DNA of 53,656 nt from Candidatus Dojkabacteria bacterium (GTDB lineage Bacteria > Patescibacteriota > Dojkabacteria > SC72): contig JAVEVH010000003.1 of NCBI GenBank assembly GCA_034005145.1, positions 1 to 53,656 of the forward strand, written 5' to 3'. Both the position numbers and the translations under genes were made by a program. A model generated the notes under the pieces. That model worked only from the letters and a program-made list of their open reading frames with translations, was not told the DNA's origin and did no database searches. Below are positions 35,565 through 43,949 of this stretch, piece by piece. The first letter of the stretch is position 1; each line of letters opens with the position of its first letter.

Positions 35565-38500
35565 ATGAAATTTAAAAAGATAAAATTACCTGAATTTAAG
35601 AAATTAAATTCATTCCTATCTAATAGATTTGGAGAAATATTACTTACATTAATACTCATATTAGTCTCCCTACTCTCTTTTAAAGAGGGTTTCTTTTTAC
35701 TCTCTAATGATAACTACTCTCCTGAACTTAACCCTACCCTATCGGTACAAAGATATATAGAATCTCCTGCATGGAGAAGCTATAGAGTATTGGGATTTGC
35801 ATCAGAGAGTGAACAGGCAGATGTATTTAGGAGTGGTATATTTGCAGGGTTAGAAACATTTCTACCTAATTGGAGTATAGCCCAAATCTTTGCTCTTATT
35901 TCCCTATCTGTTGGTACATTATCTATGGCGTATCTAACTACAATCTTTATTAGAGATTTTGTAAGTACAAAATATTCTAGATATATATTTTTGATTTCTG
36001 GAGTAATGTACTTAACGACTCTTTGGACTGCATGGGTCTTTAACTTCAATATGATGCCTTACATAACCCAATTTGGTTTCTTACCCTTACTACTATTAAG
36101 TGTCTACCTACTAATGAAAGATTGGTCTTGGGCAAAAGTCCTTCTTCTTTCTATTGCTTCTATCCTTTTCTCTTCCTCCTCTGTTATTGCTACTCTCTTT
36201 TTTGTAAATATATTCTTAATTACAGGAGCATTCATATATTGGGGGTATTTACATAAAACGAAGATCAGAAAGATATTAATTGGTATTGGTATATTCATTT
36301 TATTGCAATTATTCTGGTTCCTACCTTTTATACAATATACTTTCTCTTCAACTCAAAACATTATAGATTCATATACTAATAGAGCTATCACGGCAAATAC
36401 AATAGATTTGGAATCTCAAATGATGACAGTATCCAACTCTGCACGTTTCTATACCAGACTTCTTGGAACAATAGATAACCCATCTACAGAGAGTTATATA
36501 TTTCCTATGTCAGAGGACTTCCAAGCATATGATATCTACAAGGTAGTTGGCTTACTTCCTCTTTTCCTTTCAATAATGGGATTGATATTCTGTATATTTA
36601 AGAAAAAATGGAAACTACTACCACTTTGGTTTGTACTCTTTGCTTTACTTTTCTTACTTAAGAATCAGAATCCTCCATTAGGGGGTATATATATTTGGTT
36701 ACAGGAGAATTTTGATATATTTAAACAGGTGTTTAGATGGGTTTCTTCTAAATTAGGACAGTCATATTTAATTCTTTTAGTAATTACATCAGTAATAGGG
36801 TTTTTATATACAGTGGATTTCTACGCATCCTTCTTCAAAAGGAAGGAAAGAAAACTCTTTGTTTTAATTCCTGTAATACTCATTATCACTATTCCCCTCT
36901 TCTACTCAGAGTATTTCTTTAAGGGACAGCTTTTTACTAATAGGGCTTTGGTTAATCTGCCTGAAGAATATTACTCACTTGGTGAGGTACTTAGTGAAGA
37001 TGGGAACGGGAGAGTATTCTATGCTCCACCTGCAAATAACGGGTACTTTAGGGAGTATGAATGGGGATTTGTGGGTTCACAGTTTTTGGGATATATAATC
37101 CCCAACCCCTTAATGGATATGTCTTTAGCGATAGGGTCTGATGTTGGGGAGAGCGCTATGTTAGAGTTACAAAATGACTTTGAGTCAGGTAATCTTGTGG
37201 AGCTAAATAAAGATCTAGAGAAATACGATGTTGAGTATATATTGGTAGATAGAAGTCTTGTAAAAGGTAGATATGGATATGAATTAAATTGGGAATTAGT
37301 TGATAGATATGCAAAAAGTTGGGAAAAAGTTTGGTCAAAGAACTTCTTAGAATTGTACAAACTAAAAGAGAACGAGACTATTAAATATGTAGAATCTGTT
37401 GGTCAAAATAGTGAATTAGAGAGCGGATATTTTGTTAGAAAATATTCCCAAGAACCTCTTTTCTCTTCTTTAAATATAGACCTTAATGATGCAGTATTTA
37501 GTAAGAATAATTTAATAAAGAAGATAGAATATACAGGAGTAAATACTATCCTTTATTCCAATTATAATAAATTAGATATTAATAAGTTACCAACTACTAT
37601 TAAAAAGATTGGTACAGAAGTAATATCTACTTTGGCAACACCAAGTATAAAGGGGTTGAATAACAGTAGCTATAAAAAGGCTACTCTCCCCTCTTCCAAA
37701 GAGTATGTATATATTCTTAATCAAGATGTATTTACTCAAGGACAGCTAGAACAAGGTATTAATTTGTATAATAACTGGGGATCTGTAAATCAGCTTTCTG
37801 TTGTACAAAAGGATTCTTTTAAGAGTATAAATTACACAAATATCCTTAGTAAGAGTAAGCCTGGTGATTGTTCTGGTGGAGAGTATCGAATTATGCCTAA
37901 TGTAGTACCACAGGAAAGTAGTTCAGGTTTTGTAATTGAGGGAAATAGTGATCTGCCCTGTTTGTACACAGAAATATCTTTGGACAAGAGATTAAAATAT
38001 GTTGGTGAGATACTTTTAAACTGGGAGAGTAGTAATGGTACAGATATTGGGTACTGTCTTTACTCTTCAAATAGTGAGGTATGTTTAAATAAAGAGAAAT
38101 TCCTTTATACAGGAGATGGATATGGGAACATAACTCTCCCTATCCCTAAGGTTATTGATGGAGGGGATAACCTCTCTTTAGTACTGTATGCACTTAATCC
38201 CAAAGGAGAGAAATCAAGTTTGATTGTTAGGAATGTTGAACTAAAATACTCTAGTGATATAGAAGCTCTTAATTTAAAAGATAAGTATATTGATAAGGGG
38301 GAGAAATCATTAAATATAAATAATGGTGAATCTATTACTATAAAAATCCCAATATTTAACAATGGCTCTAGTTATGTATATAACTCTATTCAGAAAGAGA
38401 ATCTTTTGTGGCAACCCAATATTGCAGAGGATAGATCTTTACCATATCTAGCATCTTTTGATGAGGGAATGAAACAGAGTGTGCAGAATCAATATCTTAA

Positions 38501-39188
38501 TCAGTATCATCAACTTTTTGAAACAGATCCTACCAAAAGATACCTTTGGTATTGGGCTGGTGAGAATATTAGTAATATTCCCTCCTCTGTATGTTTAACC
38601 TATGTCGGAGATGATAAGTGTTGGGTAGATAGTACATTCTTTGATGACAAACTTGGTTCTGAAGCTCGTATATTTTCCCCTATCTCTTCAAAAGAGAATA
38701 GCTTGGATGCATCTTTTAATAGCATTAGTTTTAAGAATCTTAGTGAGAATATTCTTAAAGATTTCATTGTAATGGAGATTCCTAATATGTGGTTTGATTT
38801 CCAATTTGAACCGATATTACCAAGAGAATTTACAGAGAGTAAGATGCAAAGTATTTCAGAATCTCCTAATTCTACCTTTTACAAAATTAATACAAAAGAG
38901 ATTAAAAATAGAGATAAGATAATATCTATTCCACAGGCTAAATCTAACTCATGGGTAGCAATAGGTTTTACTGATTTCTTTATTAAACTAATCCCAGATA
39001 GTTCTAGAGTATATCTTAATGGATGGCAACAGGGTTGGGATATTAGTGGTATGAATAATTTAAATACTGTATTTGTATTCTATCTTCCCAATATAATTAG
39101 TTACTTTGGATATGGAGTAATAATTACTATCTTGGGAGTATCTACCTTCTATTTATTTAATCAAAGAAGAAAATATGGAAAAAAGTAA
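35565..39188 (+). CDS. large polytopic membrane protein, GT-C-like glycosyltransferase candidate (AftD/DUF3367-like architecture)
   Basis: About 12 or more N-terminal TM helices, a ~700-aa extracytoplasmic region and a final TM helix. The listed ORF starts at TTG 35547. The ATG at 35565 lies 8 nt after a TGaTATACT box. It overlaps the downstream GT2 gene by 14 nt. Confidence 0.6.
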   Translation: MKFKKIKLPEFKKLNSFLSNRFGEILLTLILILVSLLSFKEGFFLLSNDNYSPELNPTLSVQRYIESPAWRSYRVLGFASESEQADVFRSGIFAGLETFLPNWSIAQIFALISLSVGTLSMAYLTTIFIRDFVSTKYSRYIFLISGVMYLTTLWTAWVFNFNMMPYITQFGFLPLLLLSVYLLMKDWSWAKVLLLSIASILFSSSSVIATLFFVNIFLITGAFIYWGYLHKTKIRKILIGIGIFILLQLFWFLPFIQYTFSSTQNIIDSYTNRAITANTIDLESQMMTVSNSARFYTRLLGTIDNPSTESYIFPMSEDFQAYDIYKVVGLLPLFLSIMGLIFCIFKKKWKLLPLWFVLFALLFLLKNQNPPLGGIYIWLQENFDIFKQVFRWVSSKLGQSYLILLVITSVIGFLYTVDFYASFFKRKERKLFVLIPVILIITIPLFYSEYFFKGQLFTNRALVNLPEEYYSLGEVLSEDGNGRVFYAPPANNGYFREYEWGFVGSQFLGYIIPNPLMDMSLAIGSDVGESAMLELQNDFESGNLVELNKDLEKYDVEYILVDRSLVKGRYGYELNWELVDRYAKSWEKVWSKNFLELYKLKENETIKYVESVGQNSELESGYFVRKYSQEPLFSSLNIDLNDAVFSKNNLIKKIEYTGVNTILYSNYNKLDINKLPTTIKKIGTEVISTLATPSIKGLNNSSYKKATLPSSKEYVYILNQDVFTQGQLEQGINLYNNWGSVNQLSVVQKDSFKSINYTNILSKSKPGDCSGGEYRIMPNVVPQESSSGFVIEGNSDLPCLYTEISLDKRLKYVGEILLNWESSNGTDIGYCLYSSNSEVCLNKEKFLYTGDGYGNITLPIPKVIDGGDNLSLVLYALNPKGEKSSLIVRNVELKYSSDIEALNLKDKYIDKGEKSLNINNGESITIKIPIFNNGSSYVYNSIQKENLLWQPNIAEDRSLPYLASFDEGMKQSVQNQYLNQYHQLFETDPTKRYLWYWAGENISNIPSSVCLTYVGDDKCWVDSTFFDDKLGSEARIFSPISSKENSLDASFNSISFKNLSENILKDFIVMEIPNMWFDFQFEPILPREFTESKMQSISESPNSTFYKINTKEIKNRDKIISIPQAKSNSWVAIGFTDFFIKLIPDSSRVYLNGWQQGWDISGMNNLNTVFVFYLPNIISYFGYGVIITILGVSTFYLFNQRRKYGKK

Positions 39189-40002
39189 TCCTTTGGTATC
39201 AATAGTTATACCAGTACATAATGGGGAGGAATATATTAAAGAAGCTATAGATAGCTGTTTAAATCAGACATACAGAAATATTGAAGTAATAGTAGTAGAT
39301 GATAAGTCGGAAGATAGGACATTAGAGATATTAAAGGAGTATGGAGATAGAATTAAAGTATTACCAGTAGAGAAACAAGATGGATTAGGTAATGTAATAA
39401 ACATAGGTATTAAGGTTTCTAAGGGCAAATACATAGCTAGAATGGATGCAGATGATGTAATGTATCCTACTCGATTAGAGAAACAGGTAGAGTACCTTGA
39501 ATCTAATCCTAAGTGTGTAGCAGTAGGAGGTCAAATAGATATCATAGATGAGAATGGTAAGATTACTGGTCATAGGGAGTATGCAATAGAGGATAGAGAT
39601 TTAAAAAAGAATAGATTTCTTTTTCAACCGTTTGCACATCCTGCAGTAACACTTAGAAAAGATATTTTAGAAGATATTGGTTTGTATCCTGAGAATATGT
39701 GGAAGGTAGAGGATGTAAAACTTTTCTTAATATTAAGTACTAAAGGAGAGTTCCATAATCTAGAGGATACTGTACTTAAGTATAGAATGACTTTTAAAAC
39801 AGAGAGTCAGTCTAAGATGTTAGATCATTTTAAAAAGACTAATGATATTCGTAAATGGGCTATTAAAGAATTAAATATTAAGCCTACATTTAGAGAATAT
39901 ATTATCTGGAATATGCAAAAGATTGGGGTATCTGTTCTTAGTTTGTTTCCTTCTTCAGTCTTTATGAAGACTTTTGAATTGTTTAGGAGGGTTGTTAAAT
40001 AG
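39175..40002 (+). CDS. family 2 glycosyltransferase
   Basis: VSIVIPVHNGEEYIKEAIDSCLNQTYRNIEVIVVDDKSEDRT and a DxD in ARMDADD. Confidence 0.85.
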   Translation: MEKSNPLVSIVIPVHNGEEYIKEAIDSCLNQTYRNIEVIVVDDKSEDRTLEILKEYGDRIKVLPVEKQDGLGNVINIGIKVSKGKYIARMDADDVMYPTRLEKQVEYLESNPKCVAVGGQIDIIDENGKITGHREYAIEDRDLKKNRFLFQPFAHPAVTLRKDILEDIGLYPENMWKVEDVKLFLILSTKGEFHNLEDTVLKYRMTFKTESQSKMLDHFKKTNDIRKWAIKELNIKPTFREYIIWNMQKIGVSVLSLFPSSVFMKTFELFRRVVK

Positions 40003-40003
40003 A

Positions 40004-40456
40004 TTAATTTTCAAAATATATTTGAAATCCTGCTGAATCGTTATTAGCTTCATATTCTAATTCAACTGTATCACCTTGTAATACCATTGGATTTTGATCT
40101 TTAGCTATTGCAGGGTTACCTAATTCCCACTCTTGCTGATTTACTTCTATTTTTCCTGCACTGTTATTAATAGTTCCATCAAATGGCATTGTAAATGCTA
40201 TTCTTCCACCCTCAATCTTTAAATCTGTAAGATCTTTATTACCTTCAACTACTCTATTAGATTCCCATAATCCTAATGTATATTTTTTTACCTTTTTATC
40301 ATATTCCGTTTTGTATGTTCCATACTCTCCAATAGTCATTACTAGATTCTTAGGGGAGTACTCTTTCCCACAGCCTGTTAATTCTAGAGCTGTAATTCCT
40401 CCAGCTAATAGTACGGCTCCTTTTAGGAATTCTCTTCTTGATATTTTTTCACTCAT
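40004..40456 (-). CDS. Tat-signal lipoprotein with a conserved unknown C-terminal domain (paralog A)
   Basis: Twin-arginine motif SRREFLK, hydrophobic core, lipobox LTGC. The C-terminal domain has the blocks DLKIEGGRIAFTMPFDGTINNSAG, WELGNP and ANNDSAGFQ. Confidence 0.7.
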   Translation of the reverse strand: MSEKISRREFLKGAVLLAGGITALELTGCGKEYSPKNLVMTIGEYGTYKTEYDKKVKKYTLGLWESNRVVEGNKDLTDLKIEGGRIAFTMPFDGTINNSAGKIEVNQQEWELGNPAIAKDQNPMVLQGDTVELEYEANNDSAGFQIYFEN

Positions 40457-40532
40457 TGTTATAAATATATTAATTTATATGTATCAATTATATCCCATAG
40501 CTATACAGAATTCTAGTATATAGGTCTAACAA

Positions 40533-40560
40533 AAAAGGGAACTTTTTACAGTTCCCTTTT
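40533..40560 (-). terminator. rho-independent terminator (serves the 40741..41448 gene, about 180 nt downstream of its stop)
   Basis: AAAAGGGAAC-8 nt-GTTCCCTTTT perfect 10-bp stem. On the - strand it is followed by TTGTT after the stem's own T-rich end. Confidence 0.7.
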
Positions 40561-40740
40561 AGTAGTCATTCGTCCTTAAGGACTCATCAGTAAGATAAAA
40601 ACAATCTTAGTGACTCTAGCGTGTGACGGGGTTATGTGATAAATGGGGTTTTTTATTATTAAAAATATATAATATTTTGTAATATTAAAAAGATAATCCC
40701 AAGTACCGGAACCCAGCTAGAGTTAGAGAGGTATCTCTGA

Positions 40741-41448
40741 TTACTTGAACCAGAGTTGAAATCCAGCACTGTCATTGTTGGCACCATATGAAATAGTGAC
40801 CAGCGAGCCCTTTATTACGAGAGTATTTCCACTTTCGTCTTCAATGGGATTGCCCAATGTCCATACCTTATTGTCTATTGAGACCGACCCAGCACTATTA
40901 TTTATTGTTCCATCAAATGGCATCACAAATTGAATTGTTCCACCTTTGATTTTGAGATCCGCTAATGTCATTTCTCCAATAGAAATTTGTGCCTCAGGCC
41001 AGATGCCCAGAGTCCATTTGTTCATGTTACTGTCAAGGACAGCATGATAGGACCCAAGAGGACCAAGTACCAGCACAGTAGACTCTGAAACAAAATCTCC
41101 AGGATTATTGACAACAGGGTCATTTCCAATGGGATTATTGATGACAGGGTCATTCCCAACAGGGTTGTTGTTTGCACTAACAACTTGGTTTTGGATTTGA
41201 AACCCAAACCAGATTATCGCCATTATGGCAACAATCATTATCAATACAAACATAAGATCTCGCAATAAATTGCGCTGGGCCTTAGGCTCAGGATTGGTAA
41301 CAACTGGAGCTGTTTTTGCAACAGGAGCTGTTTTCGCAACAGGAGCTGTTTTTGCAACAGGAGCTGTTTTCGCAACAGGAGCTGTTTTCGCAACAGGAGC
41401 TGTTTTTGCAGCAGGAGCTGCTTTTGTCGTACTAGATTTTGTAGTCAT
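40741..41448 (-). CDS. type II membrane-anchored protein with an (AKTAPV)n tail and the same unknown C-terminal domain (paralog B)
   Basis: AAGGAG sits 6 nt upstream of the ATG. The N-terminal tail has six AKTAPV repeats, then a TM helix and NNP(V/I)GNDPV repeats. The C-terminal blocks are DLKIKGGTIQFVMPFDGTINNSAG, WTLGNP and ANNDSAGFQ. Confidence 0.75.
   Translation of the reverse strand: MTTKSSTTKAAPAAKTAPVAKTAPVAKTAPVAKTAPVAKTAPVAKTAPVVTNPEPKAQRNLLRDLMFVLIMIVAIMAIIWFGFQIQNQVVSANNNPVGNDPVINNPIGNDPVVNNPGDFVSESTVLVLGPLGSYHAVLDSNMNKWTLGIWPEAQISIGEMTLADLKIKGGTIQFVMPFDGTINNSAGSVSIDNKVWTLGNPIEDESGNTLVIKGSLVTISYGANNDSAGFQLWFK
41303..41428 (-). repeat. 18-bp tandem repeat, 7 units, coding for (AKTAPV)n
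   Basis: The unit ACAGGAGCTGTTTT(T/C)GCA repeats head to tail in frame. The first and last units are degenerate. Confidence 0.9.
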
Positions 41449-41487
41449 TTCATTCTCCTTTTATGACTTCTAAAAAAAATTTTATTT

Positions 41488-41502
41488 TTCACCAACGGTG
41501 AA
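41488..41502. promoter_or_regulatory. perfect 15-bp palindrome TTCACCAACGGTGAA, an operator-like site next to the paralog B promoter
   Basis: It lies 4 nt upstream of a - strand TAAAAT box (41479..41484). It is flanked by two TTAATTAACTA direct repeats (41504..41514 and 41522..41532) and a second TTCACC half-site (41535..41540). Confidence 0.5.
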
Positions 41503-41768
41503 TTTAATTAACTAAATGTTATTAATTAACTAGATTCACCATTGGTATATCAATAAAGAAGAAAGATACCTACTCTATTCTATTCATCACACGCTATTTT
41601 GTTTTAAATATATTAGACTAAGTCTATATAATATACTTAAAACTTTTTAAAGAACTCTGAGTTCATAAGAACTCATAAAAGATATTTAAGAGAATATCTC
41701 TCTATGAACACTTATGTTTATTTATTTGAAGTTTAGATATGTTAAAGAGCAGTATTTAATTATCTAAC

Positions 41769-41892
41769 TATATTATACTATAGGTTGGGTAAAATATCAA
41801 TATGTCTATTGATGTGGGTCAGGTTTATTCTTAATGAGCAATTAATTATTAAGATGTTATATTATACTATAAGCCGGTATCTTTATCAATAT
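41769..41892 (+). repeat. two 35-nt imperfect direct repeats, 89 bp apart, upstream of the NYN gene
   Basis: TATATTATACTATA-N12-TATCAATAT at 41769..41803 and 41858..41892 (26 of 35 identical, both ends exact). The second copy runs directly into a TCCCCTACT motif (41892..41900). Confidence 0.55.
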
Positions 41893-41939
41893 CCCCTACT
41901 CTTCAGAAATATTTAATATCTATTTGTTAGCATTAATAT

Positions 41940-42557
41940 ATGGTATCTAAATCATGTTATGTATTCATTGATTCATCTAATCTTTTCTATGGAGGTAAGA
42001 GAAGATTAGGATGGAGAGTAGACTATCTTAAGTTACTTAAATATCTAAAGAGAAGATACGGGGTAAAAAAGATATTCTATTATTCAGGAGTAGAAGCTCA
42101 TGGTTTTGAACCTCTACTTTCATCGTTAGAGAGATATCCAGTAGAGAGTTTATACAAATATCTCCAAGAGGAGTTTAAGAGAGCAAATAAGGAAGAAAAA
42201 GAATACCTTCTGAAAGATATATCTAGGACGAAGTTTTTAAGAAAGATAGAAGAGTTTGGCTATACTCTTAGATTAAAACCAATTAAACATTTAAGAGATT
42301 TTAAAGGCAGGATAAAGAGTAAGTCTAATTGTGATGTTGATTTAACTCTTGATGCGATTAGATTGGAGAAAAAGTATGACACTTTTATACTGCTTTCGGG
42401 TGATGGTGATTTTGAAATACTTCTTAGATATCTAAGAGAAAAAGGGAAGAATATTGTAGTAATTGCGAACAGTGACAATACAGCAAGAATTATAAAGGAT
42501 AGATATCAGGATAACTTTATAGATTTTTCTAGAATTAAAGAAGTAATTGAAGAATAA
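41940..42557 (+). CDS. NYN/LabA-like (DUF88) putative ribonuclease
   Basis: N-terminal VFIDSSNLFYG and CDVDLTLDA ... FILLSGDGDFEILLRYLREKGKNIVVIA, typical of NYN domains. Confidence 0.8.
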   Translation: MVSKSCYVFIDSSNLFYGGKRRLGWRVDYLKLLKYLKRRYGVKKIFYYSGVEAHGFEPLLSSLERYPVESLYKYLQEEFKRANKEEKEYLLKDISRTKFLRKIEEFGYTLRLKPIKHLRDFKGRIKSKSNCDVDLTLDAIRLEKKYDTFILLSGDGDFEILLRYLREKGKNIVVIANSDNTARIIKDRYQDNFIDFSRIKEVIEE

Positions 42558-42561
42558 AAAT

Positions 42562-42592
42562 GGGAGGATCGCCCATATAGGAAGGTCCTCCC
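42562..42592 (+). terminator. hairpin after the NYN gene (weak terminator)
   Basis: GGGAGGATC-13 nt-GGTCCTCCC stem starting 5 nt after the stop. There is no clean T-run afterwards. Confidence 0.45.
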
Positions 42593-42789
42593 GAGGTCTT
42601 GTGTTTAAGTATAATCCAAAGATTACTAATATTCAAGAATATATTTATGAACAATGTCGGAGTGTAGAATGAAAAAGACTGGCATTCACGTTCGGTCGAA
42701 ACCTTAGGTTAGTCCAGTCATGGTAATTAGAATATTATATTTCTTTGTAAATTATATATCAAGAATATTTTTGGTTTTTAATAAAAAAA

Positions 42790-42811
42790 AAGAGGAGATT
42801 ATTCTCCTCTT
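42790..42811 (-). terminator. rho-independent terminator of the 42817.. GT2 gene
   Basis: AAGAGGAGA-ttat-TCTCCTCTT stem, followed on the - strand by an 8-T run. Confidence 0.8.
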
Positions 42812-42816
42812 TAATA

Positions 42817-43569
42817 TTATCTATATGCTCTAAGCAGTTTAGAATTAAATACCCTATTCTCTCTCATAGAGATACTTAAGATATCCTTTATCATTTTACT
42901 TACCTCTTTAATATTTGCAGATGTAGAATCAGATCTATTCTTGTTTAAAAAGAAAGGTATTACAGATACAGTGTACCCTACTCTACCTATCTCATTTAAT
43001 ATCTCAGAGTCTATTGCAAACCTATTTACTTTTAAGTTAGGTAATATTCTTTTTACTAAATCTCTTTTAAAAAGTTTTAAACCACACCCTATATCAGTAA
43101 TATCTTTTGGTAATCTTAAAAATACCCTATTTATCAAAGTTAAACCGTAAGAGAATACCTTTCTACTTAAAGTCATCTCTACATTAGATTCAGAATGTAA
43201 TTTAGAAGGTATAACCGCCATTACACTATCTCTTTTAATAGCTTTAAGAGCATATCCTAATGTTCTAATTTGAATATCGGTATCTGCATCTATAAAACCG
43301 ATTACATCACCTGTAGCTCTACTCATACCATATCTAATAGCATATCCCTTACCCATATTCTCTCTATAACCATATACTTTAGCTTTTTTAAGATTATTGT
43401 TCTTAATATACTGCATTAAAGTACCCTTAGTATTATCAACATACCCATCAATTACGAAGATGAGCTCAAAATCAGGGTTGATTCTAGAAAGGTATCCATA
43501 TACCCTTTCTAATTGATCTAACACCTCTCTTTGTTTTTTATATGTTGGTATAACCAAAGATATTTTCAT
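42817..43569 (-). CDS. family 2 glycosyltransferase (polyprenol-phosphate sugar transferase-like)
   Basis: MKISLVIPTYKK ... FELIFVIDGYVDNT ... GFIDADTD. The listed ORF extends to 43635, but the internal ATG at 43569 gives the canonical GT2 N-terminus. Confidence 0.8.
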   Translation of the reverse strand: MKISLVIPTYKKQREVLDQLERVYGYLSRINPDFELIFVIDGYVDNTKGTLMQYIKNNNLKKAKVYGYRENMGKGYAIRYGMSRATGDVIGFIDADTDIQIRTLGYALKAIKRDSVMAVIPSKLHSESNVEMTLSRKVFSYGLTLINRVFLRLPKDITDIGCGLKLFKRDLVKRILPNLKVNRFAIDSEILNEIGRVGYTVSVIPFFLNKNRSDSTSANIKEVSKMIKDILSISMRENRVFNSKLLRAYR

Positions 43570-43644
43570 TGTTATTAATAAAGAGACAGATATGAAATAA
43601 ATATGTGCATTTAATAGTGTGCCCCAAAGGGGCAATCTACCTAA

Positions 43645-43884
43645 TTAGATAGATTGCTTTGCCTTTAGGTTTTTAACTATAGCTAATACTGTCATTCCAG
43701 TAGTAAATGTTGCTAAAGCTGCAATGTAGAAGATACTTGTATCATCAAAACCTGTTGGAATAGGTTTATGAGGTTCATATGGTGTATAAGGACCGTATGG
43801 ATTAGAGGTATCTGCTAATACAGCTGAAACATTTGCAAAGAAGAATGTTGCTACAGTTAATGCAACTGTGTATAACTTCCTCAT
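43645..43884 (-). CDS. 79-aa secreted mini-protein with a sorting-signal-like C-terminus
   Basis: Signal peptide MRKLYTVALTVATFFFANVSAVLA. Pro/Tyr-rich core NPYGPYTPYEPHKPIPTGF. C-terminal TM helix plus KNLKAKQ tail. Confidence 0.6.
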   Translation of the reverse strand: MRKLYTVALTVATFFFANVSAVLADTSNPYGPYTPYEPHKPIPTGFDDTSIFYIAALATFTTGMTVLAIVKNLKAKQSI

Positions 43885-43949
43885 ATTTAAAAGGGCTAGT
43901 TAATTTAAATGCAATAGCATTATACAATATCTAGCCACTTTAGTCTATA

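Noticed and set aside
41303-41428. A possible CRISPR array, raised by the 18-bp tandem repeat here and the 36-bp repeat at 34331..34451.
   Set aside because: The repeats are head to tail with no spacers, in frame, and inside protein-coding genes. No cas genes are in the window.
40004-41448. A diversity-generating retroelement targeting the duplicated C-terminal domain.
   Set aside because: There is no reverse transcriptase and no template repeat. The two copies differ at all base types rather than only at adenine positions.
41225-41473. The + strand ORF encoding (GAVFAT)n.
   Set aside because: It is the antisense shadow of the (AKTAPV)n repeat. The - strand frame continues into a full protein with an SD, a TM helix and a conserved domain.
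40608-41596. A 10-bp inverted repeat TAGCGTGTGA / TCACACGCTA flanking the foreign-looking gene, considered as insertion boundaries.
   Set aside because: A 10-mer inverted match between two ~300-500-bp spacers is expected about 0.4 times by chance. No target-site duplication is visible.
42640-42720. A tRNA-like T-loop (GGTCGAAACC) in the NYN-GT2 spacer.
   Set aside because: I could not build an acceptor, D or anticodon stem on either strand.
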